Source: Thermoanaerobaculia bacterium (GTDB taxonomy: Bacteria; Acidobacteriota; Thermoanaerobaculia; UBA5066). Taken from it: DNA of 64,000 nt. Shown piece after piece: positions 35,134 to 44,742 of the stretch (positions within the stretch are counted from its first letter, which is position 1; each line of letters starts with the position of its first letter). The notes under the pieces were generated by a model. It had not been told where the DNA came from and searched no databases. It was given only the letters and a program-made list of their open reading frames with translations. Location: positions 32,001 through 96,000 of the forward strand of contig JBBRRY010000005.1 of assembly GCA_038245905.1 (NCBI GenBank), read 5' to 3'. The translations under genes and the position numbers were made by a program.

Positions 35134-36913
35134 GCCGCGCGAGCCAGCGCTTCTTCAGGCGCCGGGCGTCCGCGGACGCACCTGCGAGGTCGTCGATCTT
35201 CCAGACGGAGGCGCGCCGCTTGCCGAGTCGGACGCGGTGCATCCCGAGGACGTCTCGCCGAAAAACCGCCACGTCGACGTGGCTTTCCGGTTTGCGCTCC
35301 GTCTCGAGCCGGGCGACCAGATCTTCTGTCGCGCGGAGCCCGTCGACGGCCACCAGGAGGTCCCCCGCGTTCACTCCGGCACGTTCAGCCGGGCCGTCCG
35401 CGAAGACCTCCGCCACGACGATCCGCCCGCTCTCGGCTTTCGTCCTCCAGCCGAAGGTCGCGCGGACGCGTGGAGCCCGGACGTCCGTCACACCCTCCTC
35501 GGCCTCGGGTGCCTCGCGAAGCCGAAGGCCCGCCGCTCGGAGGAGCCGCGCGAGATCCGGCGTTTCGGTGCCGCGAACGTAGCGATCGAAGAAACCGCGA
35601 ATGAGGGGCCGCGAACCCGCGACGCGCGCGGACGCTTCCTCGACGGCCCCGGCCGGATAGCCCTTTCCCTTAGCGGCGTAAGCCCGGAACAGCCGGCCGA
35701 GGACGTCGTCCAGTCCGCGCCTTCCCTTTGTCGCCCTCCGGAGCGTCAGGTCGAGCGCGAGCCCGAGCAGGGCCCCGCGCCGGTAGTAGCTCTCCGAAAC
35801 GTTCGGCGAGTTCTCGTCCGGACGATAGAAACGGATCCAGGTGTCGAACGAAGCCATCTCGGCGCTCTGGACCTTCCGGCCCGGCGTCTCGAGGTGGCCC
35901 TTCCAGTGGGTCGTCCACTGCTCGAAGGCCTGCGCCTCCGTGAGAAGGCTCGCTCGGACGAGCAGGAGCGTCTCGTAGTAAGAGGTGATGCCTTCGAGCG
36001 CCCAGAGGTCCTTCGTGTGTACTTCGCGCCCGTAGTCGAAGGGACCGAAAACCTCGGGCCTGATCCGCTTCACGTTCCAGGCGTGGAAAAGCTCGTGCGC
36101 GAACAGGAGCAGGGCGTCGCGATACGACTTCTCGGGCCGGAACGCGTGCGGGTCGAGCGCCACCGATTGCGAAGCTCGGTGTTCGAGGCCGCCTCGGGCG
36201 CCAGGCGCGAGGTGAACGAGGAAGAGGTACCGTTCGTACGGGAGGCCGCCGAAGAGCGACGAGGCCTCGCGGACGATCTTCTTCAGGTCTCCGACGATTC
36301 GAGATGGCTCCTCGTTGCCGCTGCCCCAGATGGCGAGCGTGTGCGGGAGGCCCTGGACCGAAAACCCGAACGTGCGGTGCGTTCCGCACTCGAAGGGCGA
36401 GTCCACGAGCTCGTCGTAGTCGGCGGCACGAAAAACGTCGCCGCGGGACGGGAGGGACATCGAGGTCTTCCAGCCCTTCGGGACCCGGAACGCCACCTCC
36501 ACGGGCTCGTCCTTCCTGCCTTCCACGTAGAAGAACAGGTTCGCACCGTTCCCGTATCCGTGCGACGCGTCGAGATGCGACGTCCTCACGCTCAGCTCGT
36601 GGGCATAGACGCGGTAGGAAACGAACATCGGAGAGGAAGAGGGAGATTTCTTTGAAGGTAAAGAGAGGCGCCAGCGGTTCTTCTCCACCTTCACCGCTTC
36701 GATGGGCCGGCCGCCTTGGCTCCCTTCTCTCTTTTCCTTCGCAGAAAAATCTCTTATGTGCCTGGAAAACTCCCTCACGAGATAGGAGCCCGGCGTCCAG
36801 ACCGGAAGGACGAGGTCGAGAGCTCCTGCGCCCCTCGGGTCGATCTCCATCGTGATCTCGTACAGGTGCGTCTCGGGCCGCGGCATCGCGACCGTGAAGC
36901 GTGTCGTGCGCAT
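35123..36913 (-). CDS. M61 glycyl aminopeptidase with PDZ domain
   Basis: PVWTPGSYLVREF, YDELVDSP, GGLEH, HELFHAWNVKRIRP, EGITSYY, PAERAGV..GD. Confidence 0.93.
   Translation of the reverse strand: MRTTRFTVAMPRPETHLYEITMEIDPRGAGALDLVLPVWTPGSYLVREFSRHIRDFSAKEKREGSQGGRPIEAVKVEKNRWRLSLPSKKSPSSSPMFVSYRVYAHELSVRTSHLDASHGYGNGANLFFYVEGRKDEPVEVAFRVPKGWKTSMSLPSRGDVFRAADYDELVDSPFECGTHRTFGFSVQGLPHTLAIWGSGNEEPSRIVGDLKKIVREASSLFGGLPYERYLFLVHLAPGARGGLEHRASQSVALDPHAFRPEKSYRDALLLFAHELFHAWNVKRIRPEVFGPFDYGREVHTKDLWALEGITSYYETLLLVRASLLTEAQAFEQWTTHWKGHLETPGRKVQSAEMASFDTWIRFYRPDENSPNVSESYYRRGALLGLALDLTLRRATKGRRGLDDVLGRLFRAYAAKGKGYPAGAVEEASARVAGSRPLIRGFFDRYVRGTETPDLARLLRAAGLRLREAPEAEEGVTDVRAPRVRATFGWRTKAESGRIVVAEVFADGPAERAGVNAGDLLVAVDGLRATEDLVARLETERKPESHVDVAVFRRDVLGMHRVRLGKRRASVWKIDDLAGASADARRLKKRWLARLSA
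36645..36658 (-). repeat. Dispersed motif CCTTCAAAGAAATC (exact copy)
   Basis: Minus strand ctctctttaCCTTCAAAGAAATCtccctcttcctc; inverted variant at 36736-36751. Confidence 0.85.
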
Positions 36914-36935
36914 GGAGTCAGCATAGCTCCTCGCG

Positions 36936-37760
36936 TCAGGCATCGAGGAACGCGAGGACACGCCGCGCGAACGCGACCGGGCGCTCCGTGGGCGGCACGT
37001 GCCCGCAACGCGTAAGAACCTCGAGGCGCGCGTTCGGCAGGCCCCGCGCGAGGCGCTGGCCGGCGGCCACCGGGAAGATGCGGTCACGATCCCCCCAGAG
37101 GACGAGCGTCTCGTTCGTGATTCGCGCGAGATCGCGGGACTTCACCACGTCCTCCCCCGCCGCCATCGACGCGACGAGTTTCATGAGCTGAGGCCGGTTC
37201 CTCCGGCGCCCCTTGTAGAGCGCGGCGGCGAACGCGACGAAGGGATGCCCAAGAAGACGCGAGTTCACGCTCGTCGAAAGGAGGCGCCGCGCGTCTTCGA
37301 AGCTGCCCGGCACGAACGGCAGCGAGGTCGCGAGAAAATCGATGGTCTCGGCTAACGGCTGGCCCGCCGCGTCGACGAGAACGAGCCGCCTCACGAGGCG
37401 CGGGTGGCGACGCACGAGGTCGAGCGCGACCGCCCCGCCGAGCGAGTGTCCGAGGAGGTCCACGCGCCCGGGCCGGTCCGGCAGCGCCTCGATGGCGCCC
37501 ACGACGGCATCGGCGAGCATCCGGACGCGGTATGCGACGCCGGGACCCGCGGGCTTGTCACTGCGGCCGTGCCCGAGCAGGTCCATCGCGAGGACACGCC
37601 GCCCGCGCGCGAAGAGAGGCAGCGTGAGCGCCCACTCCCCGCGGTCCGCCCCGATCCCATGCAGGAGGACGAGCGGCGGCGCACCCTCGGGGCGCGAGGC
37701 GCCCGCGTCGAGGCAGGTCACGTGGAGGCCCGAAGGAATCGCGAGCCGAAGAAACTTCAA
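36936..37760 (-). CDS. Alpha/beta fold hydrolase
   Basis: LLHG, DLLGHGRS, GHSLGG, WGDRD, GHVP; TTGA overlap with lexA. Confidence 0.92.
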   Translation of the reverse strand: MKFLRLAIPSGLHVTCLDAGASRPEGAPPLVLLHGIGADRGEWALTLPLFARGRRVLAMDLLGHGRSDKPAGPGVAYRVRMLADAVVGAIEALPDRPGRVDLLGHSLGGAVALDLVRRHPRLVRRLVLVDAAGQPLAETIDFLATSLPFVPGSFEDARRLLSTSVNSRLLGHPFVAFAAALYKGRRRNRPQLMKLVASMAAGEDVVKSRDLARITNETLVLWGDRDRIFPVAAGQRLARGLPNARLEVLTRCGHVPPTERPVAFARRVLAFLDA

Positions 37761-38371
37761 TACTTCCGCATCAACCCGACGACCACGCCCTGCACCTTGA
37801 GATCGCCGTCGGCGACCCAGATCGGCTTCATGCGCTCGTTCGCGGGCTGAAGCCTGATGCGGCCGTCGGCTTCCCGGTAGAAACGCTTGAGCGTCGCCTC
37901 GCCGTTCAGGAGCGCCGCCACCATCTCACCGTTCGCGGCCTTCTCGCGGCGATTCACGACGACGTAGTCGCCGTCGTGGATTCCGTCGTCGATCATCGAG
38001 CTCCCGTTCACGCGCAGCACGTAGTTCTGCCCCTTGCGCGTGAGCGCCTCGGGAACCGCGACCATCTCGCCATCGGACTCGGGGTCGACCTCTATCGGTT
38101 GCCCGGCGGCGATCCGCCCGGCGAGCGGGATCTCGACGGATCCCGCCGGCCGGTTCTCCTCGGCGAGGACGAGTGACCTCCGCTTGTTCCAGTCGCGCAC
38201 GAGCACGCCCTTCTCGAGCAGCAGCTTGATGTGCTTCTGGAGCGTCCCGAACGAGGAGTAACCGAACTCCTCGCAGATTTCTCGCTGGGTGGGCGAGAGG
38301 CCCTTCTTCAGGCGGTAGGCACGGATGAAATCCAGGATTTCCTTTTGCTTGGGGGTGAGCGTGAGTGCCAT
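37757..38371 (-). CDS. lexA: SOS repressor LexA
   Basis: LTPKQKEILDFI, PTQREI, cleavage site IAAG.PI, Ser in GSSM, Lys in ATLKRF. Confidence 0.95.
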   Translation of the reverse strand: MALTLTPKQKEILDFIRAYRLKKGLSPTQREICEEFGYSSFGTLQKHIKLLLEKGVLVRDWNKRRSLVLAEENRPAGSVEIPLAGRIAAGQPIEVDPESDGEMVAVPEALTRKGQNYVLRVNGSSMIDDGIHDGDYVVVNRREKAANGEMVAALLNGEATLKRFYREADGRIRLQPANERMKPIWVADGDLKVQGVVVGLMRKY

Positions 38372-38379
38372 ATTAATTA

Positions 38380-38435
38380 AGGCAATGTTGCCTAATTTCC
38401 TTATTTAATTCTAAGAAAGTCAATATTCTTAGAAT
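38380..38435. promoter_or_regulatory. AT-rich lexA upstream region with two inverted repeats
   Basis: AGGCAA-TG-TTGCCT (38380-38393); ATTCTAAGAA-N8-TTCTTAGAAT (38408-38435) enclosing a minus-strand TTGACT. Confidence 0.7.
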
Positions 38436-38539
38436 GAATAGCGGCTTTGGACGCTTTGGCAAGCCATCACGCGCAAGATAGGCGTAAATCCGGGACGCGT
38501 CAAGGAAAAAAGTTCCTCATGAACTAGACTCGCGAGGCC

Positions 38540-38983
38540 GTGCCCGAAGTGAATGCGCCGAAATCCGGAGGGTCCGCGGGTCGTCGCGTCCTGCGGGGAG
38601 CGTTTCTCGCCTTCATCGCCGCGCTCCTCGCGTTTGGCGGGATTCTTTTTCTCCTGAACCGGCCCTTCAGCGCCAATCCGGAGACCTTCACGGCCTCGCG
38701 CCTGACCTCGGGGAACCTGCTCTTTCCCGTGCAGGTGGCGGTCTTCCCCGAGCGCGTCGCACGCCACAAGCCGCGGTTCTTCGGGCATACGGAGGATTCG
38801 ATCTCGACCGAGCTCATCGCGTCCGTGAAGGTGCAAGCCGGCGTCGTGTTCGCGGACGTCGTCCTCGACACCGCTGGCGGTTCGCCCCCGGTCGTGATTC
38901 ACGGGCTTTACAAGAAAGACGCCGAGCGGCTGCGCGAACGCATCGGCACCGTGCGGGAAAGCCGACGGAAGCCCCCCGCCTGA
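38540..38983 (+). CDS. Hypothetical protein with one TM helix and a PH-like beta domain
   Basis: One TM, then FTASRLTSGN.LFP..KPRFFG, IASVKVQAGVVFADV. Confidence 0.65.
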   Translation: MPEVNAPKSGGSAGRRVLRGAFLAFIAALLAFGGILFLLNRPFSANPETFTASRLTSGNLLFPVQVAVFPERVARHKPRFFGHTEDSISTELIASVKVQAGVVFADVVLDTAGGSPPVVIHGLYKKDAERLRERIGTVRESRRKPPA

Positions 38984-39058
38984 TCTTTCTGACTCATTTA
39001 TCCGAGCCGCAGTTTGCGGCGAGAATCCGCGAGCCGAAAAACAGATGGAGGAAATGGA

Positions 39059-39682
39059 ATGAAGAACGCTCTCAAGATCACCGCCGCCGCTCTGTGTTGC
39101 GTGGCCCTCATCGCCTGCAGCCAGAAGGGCCCCGCCGAAGCCGCTCTCAAGGCGGGCGAGACCTCGATGAACGAGGTCAAGGCCGACGGCGCCAAGTACG
39201 CCGCTGAGCAGACGAAGGCCCTCACGGCCTCCTACACCACCGCACAGGAATTGTTCAACAAGGGCGACTACAAGGCTGCGATGGAAATCGCACAGGGCAT
39301 CCCCGCCAAGGCAAAGGACGTCGCCGCCGCAGTCGCCGCCAAGAAGGACGAGCTCACGAAGACGTGGGCCAGCCTCGCAACCACACTTCTGCCCCAGATC
39401 GAGCAGATCAAGACGAAGGTGGGCGAGCTGGCCGCCATGAAGAAGCTGCCCAAGGGCATGGACGCCGCGAAGCTGGACGCCGCGAAGGCCGCGCTCGCCG
39501 ACCTCAACAAGAGCGCGGGTGATGCCGCCGAAACCTTCAAGTCCGGCAACCTGATCGACGCCGTCGCGAAGGGCAACGCCATCAAGGCGAAGGTCGCCGA
39601 GACGATGGGCTCCCTCGGCCTCACGGCCGCAGCTCCCGCAGCCGCTCCAGCCCCCGCCGCCCCGCCCGCGAAGATGAACTAG
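39059..39682 (+). CDS. Ala/Lys-rich helical lipoprotein
   Basis: Lipobox LIAC; SD GGAGG. Confidence 0.8.
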   Translation: MKNALKITAAALCCVALIACSQKGPAEAALKAGETSMNEVKADGAKYAAEQTKALTASYTTAQELFNKGDYKAAMEIAQGIPAKAKDVAAAVAAKKDELTKTWASLATTLLPQIEQIKTKVGELAAMKKLPKGMDAAKLDAAKAALADLNKSAGDAAETFKSGNLIDAVAKGNAIKAKVAETMGSLGLTAAAPAAAPAPAAPPAKMN

Positions 39683-39704
39683 CTCTCCGAATCCCGGAAT
39701 ATCG

Positions 39705-39737
39705 GGGCCCGCGGGAAACCGCGGGCCCTATTTCTTT
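39705..39737 (+). terminator. Rho-independent terminator
   Basis: GGGCCCGCGG-GAAA-CCGCGGGCCC followed by TATTTCTTT. Confidence 0.85.
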
Positions 39738-39742
39738 GCGGG

Positions 39743-40924
39743 TCAGCTCCGGTAGTCCGCGTTGACCGAGACATAGTCGTGCCCCATGTCGCACGAGAGC
39801 TTCCACGCCTTCGCCCGTCCGACCCCAAGGTTCACGACGATGGGAACACGCTCCTTCGAGAAGATCCGGGCGGCCTGACTTTCGCGGTAAGGAGCCGGAA
39901 GGCCGTTCTTCACGAGCGTCAGCGGACCAAGCGTCAGCGAGACGTGCTTCAGCGACAGGCGCGCGCCGCTGCGTCCGACAGCCGCGAGGATACGGCCCCA
40001 GTTCGGGTCGCCGCCGTAGAGCGCCGTCTTCACGAGCGGCGAGGTCGCGACCGCGTGGGCGGCTGCCTTCGCTTCGATTTCGGTGCGGGCGCCGACGACC
40101 GAGATTTCGAGGACGCGCGTCGCTCCCTCGCCGTCGCGCACCATCATCCAGGCGAGCGCCCGGCAGACCTTCGTGAGAGCCGCGCGAAACGCGGCGCCCT
40201 CGCCCGGTCTCCGGAGCTCGCGCCCGCCCATCTCGCCCGAGGCCATCACGAGAAGCGTGTCGTTCGTGGACGTGTCGCCGTCGACGGAGATCGCGTTGAA
40301 GCTCGTGTCGGCGGCCTCGCGGAGCGCCGCCTTGAGGTACGCCGGGCTCGCCGGCGCGTCCGTCATGATGAACGCGAGCATCGTCGCCATGTTCGGGTGA
40401 ATCATGCCCGCGCCCTTCGCGACGCCCACGACGCGGCCGCGCCGCCCGGCGAGGGTGAACGAGGCCTGCGCCACCTTCGGGCCGACGTCGGTCGTGAGGA
40501 TCGCGTGCGATGCGGCCTCGAGGCCCGAGGCCGACAGGCGGCTTTTCGCGTCGGGAAGAGCCGCGCGAATCTTCGCGTCTGGCAGAAGGACCCCGATGAC
40601 GCCCGTGGACGAGACGAGGACCTCTTCTCTCGGGAATCCGAGAAGGGCGGCTGCGGCGTCGCGCACGCGGCGCGCCGCTTCCATCCCGGGCCTGCCCGTG
40701 ATCGCGTTCGCGCAGCCCGCGTTCACGACGACGGCTCGCACCCGGCCGCCGCTGCGCTTCAGATCCGCGGCGCCCAGGACGACGGGTGCCGCCAGAAATT
40801 CGTTTTTCGTGAACAACGCCGCGGCGTTCGCGCCCTTCGCGGCGACGAGAAGCGCGAGGTCGGGGCGCTTCTTGCGAATGCCGGCGCGGACCCCAGACGC
40901 GACGAAGCCCTTCGGGAGCCTCAC
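39743..40924 (-). CDS. argJ: Glutamate N-acetyltransferase / ornithine acetyltransferase
   Basis: NAGCANA.TG, STGVIG, KGAGMIHPNMATML, DGDTSTND, RDGEGAT, DPNWGRI. Confidence 0.97.
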   Translation of the reverse strand: MRLPKGFVASGVRAGIRKKRPDLALLVAAKGANAAALFTKNEFLAAPVVLGAADLKRSGGRVRAVVVNAGCANAITGRPGMEAARRVRDAAAALLGFPREEVLVSSTGVIGVLLPDAKIRAALPDAKSRLSASGLEAASHAILTTDVGPKVAQASFTLAGRRGRVVGVAKGAGMIHPNMATMLAFIMTDAPASPAYLKAALREAADTSFNAISVDGDTSTNDTLLVMASGEMGGRELRRPGEGAAFRAALTKVCRALAWMMVRDGEGATRVLEISVVGARTEIEAKAAAHAVATSPLVKTALYGGDPNWGRILAAVGRSGARLSLKHVSLTLGPLTLVKNGLPAPYRESQAARIFSKERVPIVVNLGVGRAKAWKLSCDMGHDYVSVNADYRS

Positions 40925-42291
40925 GCGCCTCCCGTGAGGCGCCGGACGGCGGCCTTGGCCGCGCGGGCCACCTGCCGCGGAGCGGTGCCGCCCGTGGTGT
41001 CCCGTTTCGCGAGGGCGCGCCTCACGTCGAGCGCCTGCAGGTCCTGGGCCGTGATTTCTTTCGTGGGCCCGAGCGCCGTGAGCGTCACACCCAGCGCCTC
41101 AGCCTCCGCGATCCGGCGACCGATGACGTCGTGCGCTTCGCGGAAGGGCATGCCCCTTTTCGCGAGGGCGTCGGCGAGCTCGGTCGCGAGCAGCCGATCG
41201 TCTGCGGCGGCGAGCGCCATGCGCTCACGATCGAGACGAAGACCCTCGACGAGGCCCGTCAACGCCGGCAACGCGACGGCGAGGACGCCACGCACGCGGA
41301 AGACCGGCTCCTTGTCGAGCTGGAGGTCCTTGTCGTACGCGAGCGGAAGGCCCTTGAGAAGCGCGAGGAGCCCGGTCAGCTCGCCAATCGCGCGGCCCGC
41401 ATGTCCGCGGGCCAGCTCGAGCACGTCCGGGTTCTTCTTCTGTGGCATGCGCGAAGAGCCCGTGGCAAGGGCGTCCGGTAGGGTGGCGAAGGCGAATTCA
41501 TCCGACGTGAAGGCGATGAGGTCTTCCGCGAGCCGCGAGAGATGGACGAGGAGAAGCGTCGCGGCAAAAAGGAATTCCACCGCCGCGTCGCGGTCGGAGA
41601 CGGCGTCGAGCGAATTCGCCGTCGGGCGCAGGAAGCCGAGGCTCCGGGCGAGCGCCTCGCGATCGATCGGAAGAGGCGTGCCCGAGAGCGCGCCGGAGCC
41701 GAGCGGGCACTCGTCCGCGCGCGAGGCCGCGTTGTCGAAGCGGCTCGCGTCGCGGCGGAGCATTTCCACGTAGGCGAGGCACCAATGCCCGAACGTGACG
41801 GGCTCGGCACGCTTCATGTGCGTGTAGCCCGGCATGGGCGTCGCGGCCTCGGCTTCCGCACGGCGCGCGAATGCGAGCGCGAGGGAGCGCGCGGCGGCCG
41901 CGCCCTCGGCGAGAGCGTCCTTGACGTACAGACGGAAGTCGGTCGCGACCTGGTCGTTCCGCGAGCGCCCCGTGTGCAGCTTTCCGGCGAGCGGACCCAC
42001 CTTTGCGGCGAGGCGGGCCTCGACGAACGAGTGCACGTCCTCGTCGTCCGCGTCGTGCGGCACGCCCGTCTTCGCGACCTCGACGCCGATCTCTTCGAGG
42101 CCGGCCACGAGCTTCTTCACGTCTCTCGAAGACAGCACGCCTGCGGCGCCGAGCGCCTCGGCCCAGGCGATCGAGCCTCGCAGGTCCTCGGCGAGGAGCA
42201 CGCGGTCGAACACGAACGAGTCGTTGAAGGCGCGAAGGGCGTGCGCGGGGGGCTCGGAGAAGCGCCCTCCCCAGAGCTGGCGACGGGTCAA
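40921..42291 (-). CDS. argH: Argininosuccinate lyase
   Basis: LWGGRF, LHTGRSRNDQVATD, MPGYTH, GSSRMPQKKNPD. Confidence 0.97.
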   Translation of the reverse strand: MTRRQLWGGRFSEPPAHALRAFNDSFVFDRVLLAEDLRGSIAWAEALGAAGVLSSRDVKKLVAGLEEIGVEVAKTGVPHDADDEDVHSFVEARLAAKVGPLAGKLHTGRSRNDQVATDFRLYVKDALAEGAAAARSLALAFARRAEAEAATPMPGYTHMKRAEPVTFGHWCLAYVEMLRRDASRFDNAASRADECPLGSGALSGTPLPIDREALARSLGFLRPTANSLDAVSDRDAAVEFLFAATLLLVHLSRLAEDLIAFTSDEFAFATLPDALATGSSRMPQKKNPDVLELARGHAGRAIGELTGLLALLKGLPLAYDKDLQLDKEPVFRVRGVLAVALPALTGLVEGLRLDRERMALAAADDRLLATELADALAKRGMPFREAHDVIGRRIAEAEALGVTLTALGPTKEITAQDLQALDVRRALAKRDTTGGTAPRQVARAAKAAVRRLTGGA

Positions 42292-42295
42292 CGTC

Positions 42296-43531
42296 TCACC
42301 CTTCCCCGGAGACGACGGCCTGATACGTCGTTCCGGCCTTCAGCCGCAGGCGGCCCTTCGTGGGCAGGCCGAAGAGGCGGATGAAACCGGCTGCGTCAGC
42401 CGGCGTGTAGCCGCGCATGTCGAACGACGCGAGGTGCGCCGAATAGAGCGCGTGGGGCGACGTGCGGCCGACGACCGACGAGGAGCCCTTGAAGAGCTTG
42501 AGCGTGACGTCGCCCGTCACGGTGGGCATCAGCGCGTTCATGAACGCGTCCAGCGCCTCGCGAAGCGGTGAGAACCACTGGCCGAAATAGACCAGCTCGG
42601 CATAGCGGGCGGCGAGCTTCTCCTTCTCGTGGGTGCTGTCGCGGTCGAGCGTAAGCGTCTCGAGAGCGCGGAGCGCCATCACGAGGAGCGTGCCGCCCGG
42701 CGTCTCGTAGACGCCGCGTGACTTGATGCCGACGAGTCGGTTCTCGACGATGTCCACGCGGCCGACGCCGTGACGGCCGGCGATCTCGTTGAGCTTCTGG
42801 ATGAGCGCCACCGGCGCGAGCCTCTCGCCGTTCACCGCGACAGGCAACCCCGCCGTGAAGGAGATCGTCACCCGCTCAGGAGTGTCGGGGGCCTTCTCGG
42901 GGTCCACCGTCAGCTTGAACATCGAGGGCTCGGGCTCGAAGCCTGGCTCTTCCAGCGGGCCGCCTTCGTGGGAAATGTGCCAGAGGTTCCGGTCGCGCGA
43001 ATACGGGTCCTTCTTCGTGACCGGAACGGGAATGCCGCGCGCCGCGGCGTAGTCGATGGCGTCCTCGCGCGACTGGATGTCCCACTCGCGCCACGGGGCG
43101 ATGATGGCGAGCTCCGGCGCGAGCGCCATGTAGGCGAGCTCGAAGCGGACCTGGTCGTTGCCCTTCCCCGTGCAGCCGTGCGAGAAGGCGTCGCAACCCG
43201 TCGCGAGCGCCACCTCGACCTGCTTCTTGGCGATGAGGGGACGCGCGGTCGCGGTCCCGAGCAGGTAGTCGTGCTCGTAGATGGCGCCGGCCTTCAGCAC
43301 CGGAAAGAGGTAATCGCGCGCGAACTCGTCCTTTGCGTCGATGAGGAAGAACTCCGACGCACCGGTCTTCTTCGCCTTCTCTTCGAGGCCCGCAGTCTCC
43401 TCGGCCTGGCCGACGTCGACGGCAACGGCGACGACCTCGCAGCCGTAGTTCTCCTTCAGCCAGGGGATGATGACGGACGTGTCGAGGCCGCCCGAATAGG
43501 CGAGCGCGACTTTCTTGATCTTCGGCTTCAC
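42296..43531 (-). CDS. argG: Argininosuccinate synthase
   Basis: [39 protein letters not shown]. Confidence 0.98.
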   Translation of the reverse strand: MKPKIKKVALAYSGGLDTSVIIPWLKENYGCEVVAVAVDVGQAEETAGLEEKAKKTGASEFFLIDAKDEFARDYLFPVLKAGAIYEHDYLLGTATARPLIAKKQVEVALATGCDAFSHGCTGKGNDQVRFELAYMALAPELAIIAPWREWDIQSREDAIDYAAARGIPVPVTKKDPYSRDRNLWHISHEGGPLEEPGFEPEPSMFKLTVDPEKAPDTPERVTISFTAGLPVAVNGERLAPVALIQKLNEIAGRHGVGRVDIVENRLVGIKSRGVYETPGGTLLVMALRALETLTLDRDSTHEKEKLAARYAELVYFGQWFSPLREALDAFMNALMPTVTGDVTLKLFKGSSSVVGRTSPHALYSAHLASFDMRGYTPADAAGFIRLFGLPTKGRLRLKAGTTYQAVVSGEG

Positions 43532-44742
43532 GAGGCTTTCTCCTTCGGCGCTTCGCGGAGGATCTCCTCGAGCGCCTTGACGAATCCGGATAACGCCGGA
43601 CGGGGCACCACGTAGGGGGGCAGGAGGCGAAGAACCTTCGTCCGCGACGTCCCGACGACGAAGCCCTTACCGAGGAGCGCTTTCTGCACCTCGGCGGCGT
43701 CGCGCAACAGCTCCACGCCCCAGATGAGGCCGCGGCCCCGCACGTCGACGATCGCCCCCTTGCTGCGCTTCTTCGCGCTCCGGAGCTTCTTCCCGAACCA
43801 TTCGCCCGTCGCGCGGTTCTTCTCGAGATAACCGCCGTCCAGGATCTCGGCGAGCGTTTCGAGCCCCAGCCGGCACGCGATCGGATTGCCGCCGAATGTG
43901 GTGCCGTGGTGCCCGGGCTTCACGAGCGGCGCGATCCGTTCCCCGACGAGGACGACCCCGAGCGGCAGACCGCCTCCGATGGGTTTGGCGAGCGTCACGA
44001 GGTCGGGCACGACGCCGAGCTCCTGAAACACGAACAGGTGGCCCGTGCGCCCGAGGCCCGACTGGATCTCGTCGAAGACGAGCGCCGCGCCCACGCGATC
44101 GGCCGCGGCGCGCGCGGCCTTCACGTATTCGGGCGTGAGCGGGATGATGCCTCCCTCGCCGAGGATGGGTTCCAGGAAGATCGCGGCCGTCTCGGGCGTG
44201 ACGGCGCTCTCGAGAGCGGCGATGTCGTTGGGCGCGAGAAAGACGGTTTCGCCCGCGAGCGGCAGGAACGGCGTCCGATAGCCCTCGTTTCCCGTCAGGG
44301 CGAGCGCGCCCATCGTGCGCCCGTGAAAGCCGCCCTCGAGCGCGATCATCCGGCTTCGGCCGGGCGTCGCGAGCCGCGTGAACTTGACGGCGGCTTCGAT
44401 CGCCTCGGTGCCGCTGTTGCAGAAGAAGACGCGCGGCATCCCGGAGAGGTGCGTGAGGCGCTCGGCGAGAAGACCCTGCGCCGGGTGGAAGAACAGGTTC
44501 GAGACGTGCAGGAGGTGGTTCGCCTCCTCGCGGAGCGCCTTCACGAGGCGTGGATGGCGATGGCCGAGCGCGTTCACGGCAATGCCCGCGAGAAGGTCCC
44601 AGTAGACCTTCCCGTCCGCGTCGACGAGCTTCGCGCCCTTGCCAGAGAGCGGGTGAAAGGGCGTGCGCTTGTAGGTGCCGAGGATGTTATCGGCATCGCG
44701 CTTTTCGACGAGAGACGGAGCTTCAGGCGGCGGCTGATGCAA
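43528..44742 (-). CDS. argD: Acetylornithine aminotransferase
   Basis: [47 protein letters not shown]; start TTG 44742 after GGAGG (ATG 44787 alternative). Confidence 0.95.
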   Translation of the reverse strand: MHQPPPEAPSLVEKRDADNILGTYKRTPFHPLSGKGAKLVDADGKVYWDLLAGIAVNALGHRHPRLVKALREEANHLLHVSNLFFHPAQGLLAERLTHLSGMPRVFFCNSGTEAIEAAVKFTRLATPGRSRMIALEGGFHGRTMGALALTGNEGYRTPFLPLAGETVFLAPNDIAALESAVTPETAAIFLEPILGEGGIIPLTPEYVKAARAAADRVGAALVFDEIQSGLGRTGHLFVFQELGVVPDLVTLAKPIGGGLPLGVVLVGERIAPLVKPGHHGTTFGGNPIACRLGLETLAEILDGGYLEKNRATGEWFGKKLRSAKKRSKGAIVDVRGRGLIWGVELLRDAAEVQKALLGKGFVVGTSRTKVLRLLPPYVVPRPALSGFVKALEEILREAPKEKAS

